Position numbers and translations under genes: made by a program
The notes under the pieces: generated by a model
Told to the model about the DNA's origin: nothing
What the model saw: the letters and a program-made list of their open reading frames with translations, nothing else
Databases searched by the model: none
DNA from: Methylophaga sp.
GTDB taxonomy: Bacteria > Pseudomonadota > Gammaproteobacteria > Nitrosococcales > Methylophagaceae
Length of the DNA: 64,000 nt
Reading direction: 5' to 3'
NCBI GenBank assembly: GCA_002733715.2
Contig: NVWQ02000064.1
Span: 1,587-65,586, forward strand
In this document: positions 46,578-56,800 of the stretch, in pieces
Layout of the letters: each line of letters begins with the position of its first letter
How positions within the stretch are numbered: the first letter of the stretch is position 1

Positions 46578-47476
46578 AAAGCCACTGTTAATGTTAACAA
46601 GCTAGTGATGGTTGTTAAGGTAACTGCTGCGGCATAAAGCTCGCTATCTAATTGGTAGCGTTCACAAATAACAATCCCAAAAATCATCGTCGGCATCGCT
46701 GCAATTAAGGTCACGGGAATAATAAGCTGTTCAGCCAAATCAATCACATGACTTAGCCCAAATACGCTGAGCGGTACAATGATCAAAGTAATAGCGGCCA
46801 CAATAGATAGTAAGGGCAAAAAGCGTAATCGTAGACTATCCCATCGAATACTCATGCCAAGTACGATCATCATTAAAGGCACAACGGCTGAGGCTAAGAT
46901 AGATAAGTTGGCATTTAAAAACTCAGGTTGCTCTACCCCACTTAGGTTGAGTGTTACACCCAGAGCTACTGCCCATAAAGGTGGGATTTTCACTAATTCA
47001 CGCAAGGGATGAACTTCGGTTTCATTATCGCCGTAATGATGAGCCAGCAGCATACCGAATGATAATAATATTGGTGTGCAAGCGAACAGATCATATTGCA
47101 ATACAATAGCAAGTGAATGTTCGCCTATAACTTGATTTAATACGGGTAAGCCAAGATAGGTCGCGTTGGGAAAAGCTGCGGCTAATAGCAATGTGCCGGT
47201 TTGTTTTTTACTGACGTTGAAAAACCGCAAAGCCAACCACATCAACAGCAAACCGATGCTCACACCACACATGGCCAAGAATGATATTTGCAGTGATGAA
47301 CTGTTTAACGGGGTTGTCCATATTACATTTAATACCAACGCTGGCAGCAATATATAGAAGACCAAATCTGTAATAGCACGACGATGTGACAGTACAGAGA
47401 TATGCTGAGGTGCAACATGTTTCCATGCCACACCACATGCGATTAACAGCGCCATTTGTAATAATGCTGCTAACAT
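46556..47476 (-). CDS. AEC (auxin efflux carrier) family transporter
   Basis: 306 aa with about 10 TM segments and a typical AEC N-terminus. It overlaps the 45822..46577 gene convergently by 22 nt. Confidence 0.65.
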   Translation of the reverse strand: MLAALLQMALLIACGVAWKHVAPQHISVLSHRRAITDLVFYILLPALVLNVIWTTPLNSSSLQISFLAMCGVSIGLLLMWLALRFFNVSKKQTGTLLLAAAFPNATYLGLPVLNQVIGEHSLAIVLQYDLFACTPILLSFGMLLAHHYGDNETEVHPLRELVKIPPLWAVALGVTLNLSGVEQPEFLNANLSILASAVVPLMMIVLGMSIRWDSLRLRFLPLLSIVAAITLIIVPLSVFGLSHVIDLAEQLIIPVTLIAAMPTMIFGIVICERYQLDSELYAAAVTLTTITSLLTLTVAFYLLSSS

Positions 47477-47520
47477 ATATTTTTATGATTATTGAAAATA
47501 AAAAAAATTTCAATAAAGTC

Positions 47521-47600
47521 CGTCATCCCCGTGAAAACGGGGATCCAACGATAGTGACTATAGCCACTGCCCATGGATTCCCACTTTCGTGGAAATGACG
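47521..47600. repeat. Inverted pair of REP-like hairpin units
   Basis: CGTCATCCCCGTGAAAACGGGGATCC (47521-47546) pairs with the reverse complement of 47575-47600 (CGTCATTTCCACGAAAGTGGGAATCC). Each unit is itself a stem-loop of the form ATyCCC-N8-GGrrAT. The 28-nt spacer contains ATAGTGACTAT. Confidence 0.7.
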
Positions 47601-47645
47601 AAGCTAGACTTTTCATATTCAAATAATTTTGAGTATATAACTCAT

Positions 47646-48764
47646 CTATTTAATAGCTAAAATTTCTTTTAAGGCTGACACGCATAACAATACATTTTCA
47701 CGTCGAGCTGAATATCCCATTAGACCGATTCGCCATACTTTGCCCGCTAAATCACCTAAACCAGCCCCTATTTCTAGGTTATAGTCATTTAACAAGCTAG
47801 AACGAACAGCCGCTTCATCAATACCATCAGGGATGAAAACCGTGTTTAATTGCGGTAAACGATCAGCTTCGTTTACTAAAAAACCTATGCCCATTGATTC
47901 TAGGCCTGCTTTTAGTAATTGATGGTTAGCTTGATGACGCGCCCATGAATTTTCAAGCCCCTCCTCCATCAACATCACTAATGATTCATGTAAACCATAA
48001 AGTGTATTAACCGGTGCAGTGTGATGGTAGGCGCGTTTTGCCCCTTTGCCCCAATAGCCCATGACAAGGTTAAGATCCAAGAACCAACTAGTAACGGGCG
48101 TTTTGCGGTTGGTTAACTTATGGATCGCACGTTCGTTAAAACTAATGGGGGAAATACCAGGAGGTGCTGAAAGACATTTTTGCGTGCCGGAATAAATGGC
48201 ATCAATTCCCCAGTCGTCTACTCTAAGCTCTGAACCCGCTAATGATGTCACCGCATCCACAATAGTCAGACAATCGTGTTGTTGAGCCAATGCACATAAT
48301 GCTTTAGCATCAGATGCTACACCTGTCGATGTTTCAGCATGTACAAACGCTACAATTTTTGCATCAGGATTTTCTTTCAGCGCCTGCTCTACTTTATCAA
48401 AAGAAACGGCTTCGCCCCATTTGTCTTCAACGATAACAGCCTCGCCACCTAAACGGGTGACATTTTCTTTCATTCGGTTACCGAATACACCATTTATACA
48501 AACAATGACTTTATCGCCCGGCTCAACTAAGTTAGCAAAACAAGTTTCCATACCCGCACTGCCTGGCGCTGAAACTGGCATTGTTAGCTCATTTTCTGTT
48601 TGGTAGGCATATTTCAACGCCTCTTTCGTTTCATCCATCATGCCGATAAAGGCTGGATCAAGATGGCCAATGGTAGGGCGAGCCATGGCTTGAAGCACTC
48701 GAGGATGAACATCAGAAGGGCCAGGGCCCATTAAAGTACGAACAGGAGGATTAAATGATTGCAT
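47646..48764 (-). CDS. Class V aminotransferase (serine-glyoxylate / alanine-glyoxylate type)
   Basis: 372 aa. The N-terminus GPGPSDVHPRVLQAM and the PLP lysine in SGTQKCLSAPPG are present. It is divergent from glcD. Confidence 0.75.
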   Translation of the reverse strand: MQSFNPPVRTLMGPGPSDVHPRVLQAMARPTIGHLDPAFIGMMDETKEALKYAYQTENELTMPVSAPGSAGMETCFANLVEPGDKVIVCINGVFGNRMKENVTRLGGEAVIVEDKWGEAVSFDKVEQALKENPDAKIVAFVHAETSTGVASDAKALCALAQQHDCLTIVDAVTSLAGSELRVDDWGIDAIYSGTQKCLSAPPGISPISFNERAIHKLTNRKTPVTSWFLDLNLVMGYWGKGAKRAYHHTAPVNTLYGLHESLVMLMEEGLENSWARHQANHQLLKAGLESMGIGFLVNEADRLPQLNTVFIPDGIDEAAVRSSLLNDYNLEIGAGLGDLAGKVWRIGLMGYSARRENVLLCVSALKEILAIK

Positions 48765-48809
48765 AAAAAGTGGTTTCTTAAAGTCAAAAATGTAATTATA
48801 GTAATACCT

Positions 48810-50240
48810 ATGTTAATTACTCAAGAATTATCGCGTGTATTGCCGAAAAAAACTGTCTTAGTGGGCGATGAAATGACACGTCCATTTGAATGTGACGCGC
48901 TTAGTGTTTACAGGCAAAAACCGTTAGCGGTAGTGTTACCTGACACAATCGCGCAGATTAAACAGATCATTGCAATTTGCAAAAAACACAATACTCCAAT
49001 CGTTACCCGTGGTGCTGGCACGGGGCTTGCCGGTGGTGCACTCCCCCTAAAAAATAGCGTTGTACTGGGCTTATCTAAGTTAACTAAAGTAAAATCAATT
49101 AACCCTCAAGAGCGATATGCAGTCGTCGAACCGGGTGTTAGAAATATTGTGATCAGCGAGGTCGCAGACCAATATAATTTGTATTATGCTCCCGATCCAT
49201 CCTCACAAATAGCCTGCACCATTGGCGGCAATGTTGCGGAAAATTCTGGCGGAGTGCATTGTTTGAAATATGGGCTGACGGTACACAATATTATTGCCAT
49301 CAAAATGTTGACTATCGATGGCGAAGAAGTCACATTAACACGCCATGACGAGGGTTTAGGTCTACTCGCCTTAATGAATGGTTCAGAAGGTTTGTTGGGC
49401 ATTATTACTGAAGTAACCGTTAAACTTTTACCCAAACCAGAAAGTGCACGCGTTATTCTTGCCGCTTTTGATAATGTTACTGATTGCGCCAATGCCATCA
49501 CGAAGATCATTACCGCAGGGATTATTCCGGCAGGCTTAGAAATGATGGATAAATTTGCCATTGAAGCGGCAGAAGATTTTGCACATGCAGGCTATCCGAA
49601 AGAGGCACAAGCACTCATTTTATGTGAATTAGACGGCGACAATACACAGCTTCAGCAACAACTAGATACCGTATTACCCCTATTGGCTAACGCGTCGACC
49701 CTACGTGTTTCTCAAAGTGAACAAGAACGCTTAACCTTCTGGAAAGGGCGTAAATCAGCCTTTCCGGCTGTTGGACGATTATCGCCCGATTATTATTGTA
49801 TGGATGGCACCATTCCACGTCGTTATCTTGCCGAAGTATTAGAAAAAATCACCGCACTATCACAGCATTATGGCTTACGTGTCGCCAATGTATTCCACGC
49901 TGGAGATGGTAATCTGCACCCTCTTATTCTATATGATGCCAATAAAAAAGGTGAATTAGAAAAAACCGAAAAATTTGGTACGGAAATCTTAAAATTATGC
50001 GTTGATGTGGGCGGTAGTATCACAGGCGAACACGGTGTGGGCATTGAAAAATTAGATGCCATGTGCCACCAATTTCATCCTGATGAGCTAGAGATCCTTC
50101 ACCAAATAAAAGCATTGTTTGATCCGCATAACTTACTCAACCCGGGCAAAGCCGTACCAACACTACACCGCTGTGCTGAATTAGGGGCAATGCATGTTCA
50201 TAATGGTGAATTGCCACATCCACACTTAGAACGGTTTTAG
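48810..50240 (+). CDS. glcD: Glycolate oxidase FAD-binding subunit GlcD
   Basis: The FAD-binding PCMH domain (VTRGAGTGLAGGALP) and a C-terminal ...LFDPHNLLNPGK are present. The track start at 48759 overlaps the divergent gene; I prefer the ATG at 48810 (MLITQEL). Confidence 0.8.
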   Translation: MLITQELSRVLPKKTVLVGDEMTRPFECDALSVYRQKPLAVVLPDTIAQIKQIIAICKKHNTPIVTRGAGTGLAGGALPLKNSVVLGLSKLTKVKSINPQERYAVVEPGVRNIVISEVADQYNLYYAPDPSSQIACTIGGNVAENSGGVHCLKYGLTVHNIIAIKMLTIDGEEVTLTRHDEGLGLLALMNGSEGLLGIITEVTVKLLPKPESARVILAAFDNVTDCANAITKIITAGIIPAGLEMMDKFAIEAAEDFAHAGYPKEAQALILCELDGDNTQLQQQLDTVLPLLANASTLRVSQSEQERLTFWKGRKSAFPAVGRLSPDYYCMDGTIPRRYLAEVLEKITALSQHYGLRVANVFHAGDGNLHPLILYDANKKGELEKTEKFGTEILKLCVDVGGSITGEHGVGIEKLDAMCHQFHPDELEILHQIKALFDPHNLLNPGKAVPTLHRCAELGAMHVHNGELPHPHLERF

Positions 50241-50243
50241 CGA

Positions 50244-50807
50244 ATGGACATTGAAGAAATACAACAACGCATTAAGCAAGCTGAAAAACTACATATTACT
50301 GAAAAATCTCATAATGATGAGGCACGATTAGATATGTCTGGCTATGCAGGGGTCATTGAATATTACCCCGAAGAATTAGTGATAACAGTGAAAGCCGGCA
50401 CAACGATCGCTACGATTGAACATGTACTGGCACAACAGGGTCAAGCACTCACCTTTTCTGTTGAAAATAGTAATGCCATCACTATTGGCTGCGCTTATGC
50501 CGTTGGTAGCCCTGAACTCAGCGATGCAGTGTTGGGCATTAAAATAATTGATGGCCAAGGGCGATTACTACGTTTCGGAGGGCAAGTCATGAAAAATGTT
50601 GCTGGTTACGATGTGGCCAGACTATTGGTAGGTTCACGCGGCAAACTTGCCGTTATTTGTGAAGTTAGTTTTAAGGTATTGCCATTAGCCTACTGCCAAC
50701 AACAAAACAGAGAGAAAATACTCAATACACCGAATAAATCAGCCACGGTAATAAAAATTGAACAAGGGTTAAAAACAATTTTCGATCCAAAGGGTGTATT
50801 TATTTAA
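50244..50807 (+). CDS. glcE: Glycolate oxidase subunit GlcE, unusually short
   Basis: 187 aa. The FAD-binding part (LRFGGQVMKNVAGYDVARLLVGSRG) is collinear with E. coli GlcE up to ...VLP. It then jumps to the C-terminal LKTIFDPKGVF motif. A TAATG overlap joins it to glcF. Confidence 0.7.
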   Translation: MDIEEIQQRIKQAEKLHITEKSHNDEARLDMSGYAGVIEYYPEELVITVKAGTTIATIEHVLAQQGQALTFSVENSNAITIGCAYAVGSPELSDAVLGIKIIDGQGRLLRFGGQVMKNVAGYDVARLLVGSRGKLAVICEVSFKVLPLAYCQQQNREKILNTPNKSATVIKIEQGLKTIFDPKGVFI

Positions 50808-51979
50808 TGCAAACTAAAATCCCCGAACAAATTATAAATACCCCTCAGGGCAAGAAAGCAGATGCTATTCTCAGGTCCTGTGTTCACTGTGGATTTTGCT
50901 CCGCTACCTGCCCTACTTATCAAATTTCAGGCAATGAATTAGATTCGCCACGAGGGCGAATTTACTTAATTAAATCTGCTTTAGAAAACAATGAGGTTAG
51001 TCAAAGTTCAATTCAATACTTGGACCAATGTCTAACATGCCGAGCTTGTGAATCAACCTGCCCTTCTGGGGTTGAATATGGTCAATTAGTCGATATAGGT
51101 CGAGAGCTGGTTGAGCCAAAACGACCGCTATGGCAAAAAGCTTATCGTGCTAGTGTTCGTCTATTTCTAACCACGCCTATTTTGTTTAACACTATCGCAC
51201 TATTTATTAAACATTCATCCATAAGCACGCCAGAAATCACAGCGGAAATCACAACGGCACAGGTATTACTACTCACAGGATGTGTCCAGCCATCTTTAGC
51301 TCCCAATATTAATCATGTCACTAAGAATGTATTAGCAACACTGGGCGTAGAAGTTATTGAAACAGCACAAACTGAATGTTGTGGTGCACTAGAACATCAT
51401 TTGTCGGCTCAGCAAAAGGCGTTGCAACAAATTAAAAATAACATCGACACCTGGTCTGAATTAATAGGATCGGGGGTTGAGGCCATTATCTCTACGGCCA
51501 GTGGTTGCGGTGTAATGGTGAAAGACTATAAAACATTGTTTGAACAAAATGATCCGTACTATCAAAAAGCGGTGATGGTGTCGGAGAAAACTAAAGATAT
51601 TGCCGAATATTTGCTAGAAAAAGATTTATCGGTTTTGAATATTAAAGCAAATAATATTTCATATCATGCGCCTTGCACCCTGCAGCATGGCCAAAAGCTG
51701 CCGGGCATTGCAGAGAAGGTATTAGCTAAAGTAGGTATTCACGTAAACACTATTACTGATAGTCATTTATGCTGTGGTTCGGCGGGTAGCTATTCTATTT
51801 TTCAACCTACAATATCAAAACAGCTAAGAAAAAATAAATTACAGCATTTATCCGCTTCAAATCCTGATACTATTGTTACTGCTAATATTGGTTGTTTAAT
51901 GCATCTTTCATCGGGTACTGATATACCGGTTAAGCATTGGGTTGAATTATTGGATATCGATAAGAACTCTCATCTTTAG
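50807..51979 (+). CDS. glcF: Glycolate oxidase iron-sulfur subunit GlcF
   Basis: 390 aa with two 4Fe-4S motifs (CVHCGFCSATCP, CLTCRACESTCP) and two CCG-type Cys-rich repeats. Confidence 0.85.
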   Translation: MQTKIPEQIINTPQGKKADAILRSCVHCGFCSATCPTYQISGNELDSPRGRIYLIKSALENNEVSQSSIQYLDQCLTCRACESTCPSGVEYGQLVDIGRELVEPKRPLWQKAYRASVRLFLTTPILFNTIALFIKHSSISTPEITAEITTAQVLLLTGCVQPSLAPNINHVTKNVLATLGVEVIETAQTECCGALEHHLSAQQKALQQIKNNIDTWSELIGSGVEAIISTASGCGVMVKDYKTLFEQNDPYYQKAVMVSEKTKDIAEYLLEKDLSVLNIKANNISYHAPCTLQHGQKLPGIAEKVLAKVGIHVNTITDSHLCCGSAGSYSIFQPTISKQLRKNKLQHLSASNPDTIVTANIGCLMHLSSGTDIPVKHWVELLDIDKNSHL

Positions 51980-52155
51980 AGCTATTATCTAAGATTGGCA
52001 GTAATCAAGCCCATTGATTTGGCCGCACAAATAGAAGCATTTGCCCTGCCTGGATTAGCAGAGCTAAGTTAAAGCTATCGTTTATAATGTAGAGCAATTA
52101 ACGGGGGAGCAACGAGCAACGTGCCTTATTTGCAGCATCAAAGCTGTTATGGCCA

Positions 52156-52437
52156 ATGCCCGCCGGGGCAGCTGATCAGCCCAATAAAGCGACGGCGGAT
52201 TTAAATGTATTACTGGCTAAATTACAATCTATCGTCAAAGATGTTAGTGCAACAACGCAGCAGTTGCCGGGCGTATTATCACGAAGTGAAGATTTGATAG
52301 ATAATTCTGTTGAGCTCACTGACAAACTCAATAATCATTGGTTATTGGGTGGCAGTGGTGACGTCGAAGACACTGTGAAATCATGGCCTTCAATTCACTC
52401 TATTGATGACTCGCCTTATGATGAAATAAGCGAATAA
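52156..52437 (+). pseudogene. Probable 3' remnant of an MlaD/MCE-family gene
   Basis: 93 aa with no N-terminal TM or MCE domain. Its coiled-coil tail pattern (LNVLLAKLQSIVKDV...LTDKLNNHWLLGG) resembles MCE-protein C-termini. The frame is closed 54 nt upstream, and the upstream 175 nt hold only broken frames. Confidence 0.3.
52399..52434 (+). repeat. Direct repeat, left copy (31/36 identical to 58705-58740)
   Basis: TCTATTGATGACTCGCCTTATGATGAAATAAGCGAA encodes SIDDSPYDEISE at the end of the remnant ORF. Confidence 0.8.
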
Positions 52438-52553
52438 TGATGACATTGATTCTGCACAAGATGAAAAGTCTCACTTGTCCACTCAGCCCATTTCAAGAAT
52501 ATGCTGGCCCACTAATCACTACTACTTACAACTATGGATCTGACTCCGTTTTT

Positions 52554-52574
52554 AACCTAGAACCTAGAACCTAG
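52554..52574. repeat. Tandem heptamer (AACCTAG)x3
   Basis: Read directly from the sequence. It lies in the intergenic region upstream of the RND operon. Confidence 0.9.
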
Positions 52575-52718
52575 AATAGCTGTGGTATTATAAGTTTTTT
52601 CTATGCTCTTCCAGCGTACGTCGTGACTTAGGAAACAGCAAGTTATTTTAATCTTCAAACGTAAGAAATAGTTAGTAACCTGATATCAAAGTCATTCAGC
52701 AATAACAAGGAAAACCAA

Positions 52719-53792
52719 ATGCGAATTCCGTCTCCCCCATCTTTAGTCATTCTTATGACCTCCTTGCTTATAGCCTGTGATTCGGGAGCGCCACTGCCCG
52801 AGGAAAAAGTAGAAAAATTGGTTCGACCTGCAAAATTGATTGAGGTTGGCAAGACTAGCGATGATGTATTCTTAAATTATCCTGCTGTGATCAAATCGCA
52901 ACAGCTTAGTTCGCTATATTTTGAAGTAGGAGGCATGGTGAATGAGCTGCCCGTGATTCAAGCGCAGCAAGTTAAAAAAGGCGACGTGTTGGCAAAACTT
53001 GATCAACGCGATTTACTGGCAAAATTGGCGTCTGCTAAAGCAACGTATAACAATGCCAATACAGAATATCAACGTGGATTGCGTCTATTGAAAGAAGATG
53101 CCATTTCCAAAAGTAAGGTGGGCGAACGAAAGTCTAACCGTGATGTAGCAAAGTCCAGTGTTGAAACGGCGGAAAAAGCATTGCAGGATTCTGTATTGAT
53201 CGCTCCGTATGATGGCAGCATTGCAAAGGTAGATATAAAAATACGTCAGGTAGTTCAAGCGGGGAAGCCTGTTATCGATATTCTCGGTAAAGACGGCGGT
53301 TTAAAGGCCATCATCAATCTACCGTCGAGTATTCTTGCTAAATCTGGTGGCCGCGAACCAACAACAGATTCCTATATCGTGCTAAATGCTGCACCTGATC
53401 GTCAAATTCCCGTTACCTTCAAAGAAGCAGCTTTACAGGCTGATGCGGCTTCACAAACGTATGAAATTGTATTCACTTTCGAAGCCCCTGAATATGTGAT
53501 TATTTTGCCTGGGATGAATGGCGTCGTCTGGCTTAGAGACCCCACTAGATCGACTTCTGAGATCAACAGGATACGTATTCCCCTTACTGCAATTGCCACC
53601 GATGGCGACCAAAAATATGTCTGGGTAGTCGATCAAAATACGATGACGGTCTCGAAAAGAAATGTTGTGATCGAAGCCAATGTGGGAACAATGATAGGGA
53701 TCATCAGTGGTTTGAAACCGGGTGACAGCATTGTTGCTACTGGTATTTCTGCACTTTCTGAAGGTATGAAGGTGTCTAAATGGTCAAAATAA
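52719..53792 (+). CDS. RND efflux periplasmic adaptor lipoprotein (MFP)
   Basis: 357 aa with the lipobox LLIAC and HlyD_D23-type domains. Confidence 0.85.
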   Translation: MRIPSPPSLVILMTSLLIACDSGAPLPEEKVEKLVRPAKLIEVGKTSDDVFLNYPAVIKSQQLSSLYFEVGGMVNELPVIQAQQVKKGDVLAKLDQRDLLAKLASAKATYNNANTEYQRGLRLLKEDAISKSKVGERKSNRDVAKSSVETAEKALQDSVLIAPYDGSIAKVDIKIRQVVQAGKPVIDILGKDGGLKAIINLPSSILAKSGGREPTTDSYIVLNAAPDRQIPVTFKEAALQADAASQTYEIVFTFEAPEYVIILPGMNGVVWLRDPTRSTSEINRIRIPLTAIATDGDQKYVWVVDQNTMTVSKRNVVIEANVGTMIGIISGLKPGDSIVATGISALSEGMKVSKWSK

Positions 53793-53841
53793 ATCCATAC
53801 ACTTCATTTTTGATCAGAATAAGATTTAGCAGGAAATCAAT

Positions 53842-56800
53842 ATGAACATTGCAGAATTTTCCATCAAAAATAGAATACTCAGTGTTATTGTTATTCTAAT
53901 TTGTCTATATGGCGGCTGGAACGCTTACCAGACAATGCCACGGTTTGAAGATCCAGAGTTTACGATCAGAACAGCGTTGATATTTACCTCTTATCCGGGG
54001 GCTAGCCCCGAAGAAGTTGCTGCCGAAGTTTCAGAACCTTTGGAAACGGCCTTACAGCAATTGCAGGAAGTCAAAAAAATAAATTCCAAGTCTACAGCGG
54101 GTCTGTCTGAGATTACCGTTGATATTAAATATAAATTCTCGAAAGACAAAGCGGCCTTACAGACTGTATGGGCCAAACTGCGTAATAAGATAAAAGATGC
54201 CGAGTCTTCGTTACCCGAAGGCACCGGAACGCCGTTAGTAAACGATGGTTTTGGCGATCTTTATGGCTGGTCATATTTTATAACAGGTGAAGATTACAGC
54301 CCGGCAGAGCTACGTACCTACGCCAAAGCGCTGCAAAAAGAAATTCTGCAAGTTGAAAATGTTGGCAAAGTTGCTCTGGCCGGTGAGCAGAAAGAACAGA
54401 TTTTTGTTGAAATGACGCGAGAACAATCGGCGGCGTTAGGCGGATCGGTTTCCAACCTTTACGACATTCTTAGTCAGCAGAATGCAGTGGTATCAGCAGG
54501 CAATGTAAGCATTGGCGATCAACGTCTGAGCATTGATCCATCGGGTGCCATCGATACTATTGAATCCATTAAAAACCTGCTGGTCTCCACCTCTTCTGAT
54601 GGCAAAATAACTTACCTTAGTGACATTGCCAATGTTTATCGTGGCTATAAAACACCGACCCAACAAATTGTTCGTTACGATGGCAAGTTTGCCATTGCCT
54701 TAGGGGTATCTAGTACTTCTGGTGGCAATGTGGTGAAGATCGGTAAAGCGGTTGATCAAAAAATTCGTGATGCCCAAAGTCGTAGACCTTTAGGGATGGA
54801 GGTTTCTACTTATTATAATCAGGGAGAGGTCGTTGAGGCATCGGTTGATAATTTTGTGGTCAACGTCCTTGCGGCTTTAGCCATCGTTATTGTTACTTTG
54901 TTTATATTTATGGGCTTACGCTCAGCGATTGTGATTGGCTTTATTCTTTTACTGACCATTGCCGCCACACTGTTAACCATGAAGTTAATGGGTATTCCGA
55001 TGCACCGAATTTCGCTCGGTGCATTGATCATCGCGTTAGGCATGATGGTAGACAACGCCATTGTTGTGACTGAGGGTATTCTGGTTGGCGTACAACGTGG
55101 AATTAAAAAGCTAGACATTGCTAAAAAAATCGTAACCCAGACAAAATGGCCATTGCTAGGCGGAACATTGGTCGGGATTATTGCCTTTGCACCAATTGGT
55201 TTTGCACCCGGCCAAACAGCCGAATATACCGGCGATTTATTTTGGGTGATCATGATATCCCTAATGTTTAGTTGGGTTTTTGCGATTACCATCACACCGT
55301 TGGGTTGTTATGTACTGTTTCCTGAAGCTGAAAATAATGCCGAAATAAAAGAAGAAGGTGCTTTTTTCCGCATTTATAAAAAAATGATGCGTGCTGCACT
55401 GCATATTCGGTGGTTAATACTCCCAGCCGCCGTAGGACTATTGCTTGTTGCTGTCTGGGGCGCACAATTTATGACGCAGGGATTTTTCCCCACCTCCACT
55501 ACACCACAACTGGTGGTAGATTACTGGCTACCGGAAGGTACCCGCATAGAACGCACTGAAAAGGATATGGGAGAAATTGAAGCTTTTATCCGCAAAATGG
55601 ACAATGTAAATACAGTACAAACCTTGATTGGACAAGGTGGTATTCGTTATATGCTCACTTATGCACCCGAGTCGCCCAACAGTTCTTATGGACAGTTTCT
55701 GGTGAAGGTAGATGATTACCGTAAAACGAATGCCATGATGCCAGAAATTCAGGCGTTTATTAAAAGCAACTACCCTGATGCAGATGCTAAAGCGTGGCGT
55801 TTTATTTTAGGGCCTGGTGGCGGTTCAGCGGTTGAAGCTGAATTTAGAGGATCCGATCCTAAAATTTTACGTCAACTGGCGAACCAGGCCACTGACATTA
55901 TGCGTGCCGAGCGTACCTTGTCAGTCAAAAATGACTGGCGTGTTCCGGTTAGCGTTATCGAGCCCGTTTACTCTGAAATCAAAGCCCGTCGAGCCGGCGT
56001 TTCCAGACAAGATTTAGCGGAGGCTTTAACAAAGCATTACTCAGGAAAACAGGTTGGCGTGTATCGAGAAGGTGAGGATCTTATTCCTATTATCGCGCGT
56101 GATCCGGGGACTGCAACAGCCTCAATTGATGATATTAAAAGTCTTCAGGTCTTGAGTTCAGCTACCGGAAAAATGCTACCCATTGCACAGGTGACGGATG
56201 GCTTTAGAACCATCTGGCGTGATGGTCAAGTTCGCAGTGAAAACCGAACCTTAATTATTAAGGCGCAATCTGATCCCTATCCAGATGAACTGGCAGCCAC
56301 ATTGTTAAACCGCATGCGTGCCGATATTGCCGCTATCGAATTACCCAATGGTTACACCTTACAGTGGGGAGGTGAGGAGAAAGCCTCAACCGACTCCAAT
56401 AGTGATCTTATGTCGACCATTCCAATGGGGCTATTGGCCATGGTGCTGGTGGTGGTTATTTTATTTGGCAAAATCAAACAGCCATTAGTGATCTGGCTGG
56501 TTGTCCCCGGCCTGTTTATTGGTGTGGTATTTGGTTTGGTGGTCACAGGTATTCCACTAGAATTTATGGGCATCCTCGGTATTCTTTCTCTATCAGGGCT
56601 ACTGATTAAAAATGCGATTGTATTAGTCGATCAGATGGATTTTGAAATTAACGATGGCAAAGCGCGATTTGATGCGGTAGTGGATGCGGCCACCAGCAGA
56701 GTACGCCCTGTGATGATGGGAACATTAACAACAGTGCTCGGCGTAATACCCCTGTTTTTTGATGCCTTTTTCCAATCAATGGCGGTAGTCATTGTTTTCG

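Noticed and set aside
47208-47598. ORFs 47208..47513 (-) and 47386..47598 (+)
   Set aside because: The first is out of frame within the AEC transporter. The second is a read-through of the REP-like palindromes (RHPRENGDP-type pseudo-peptide).
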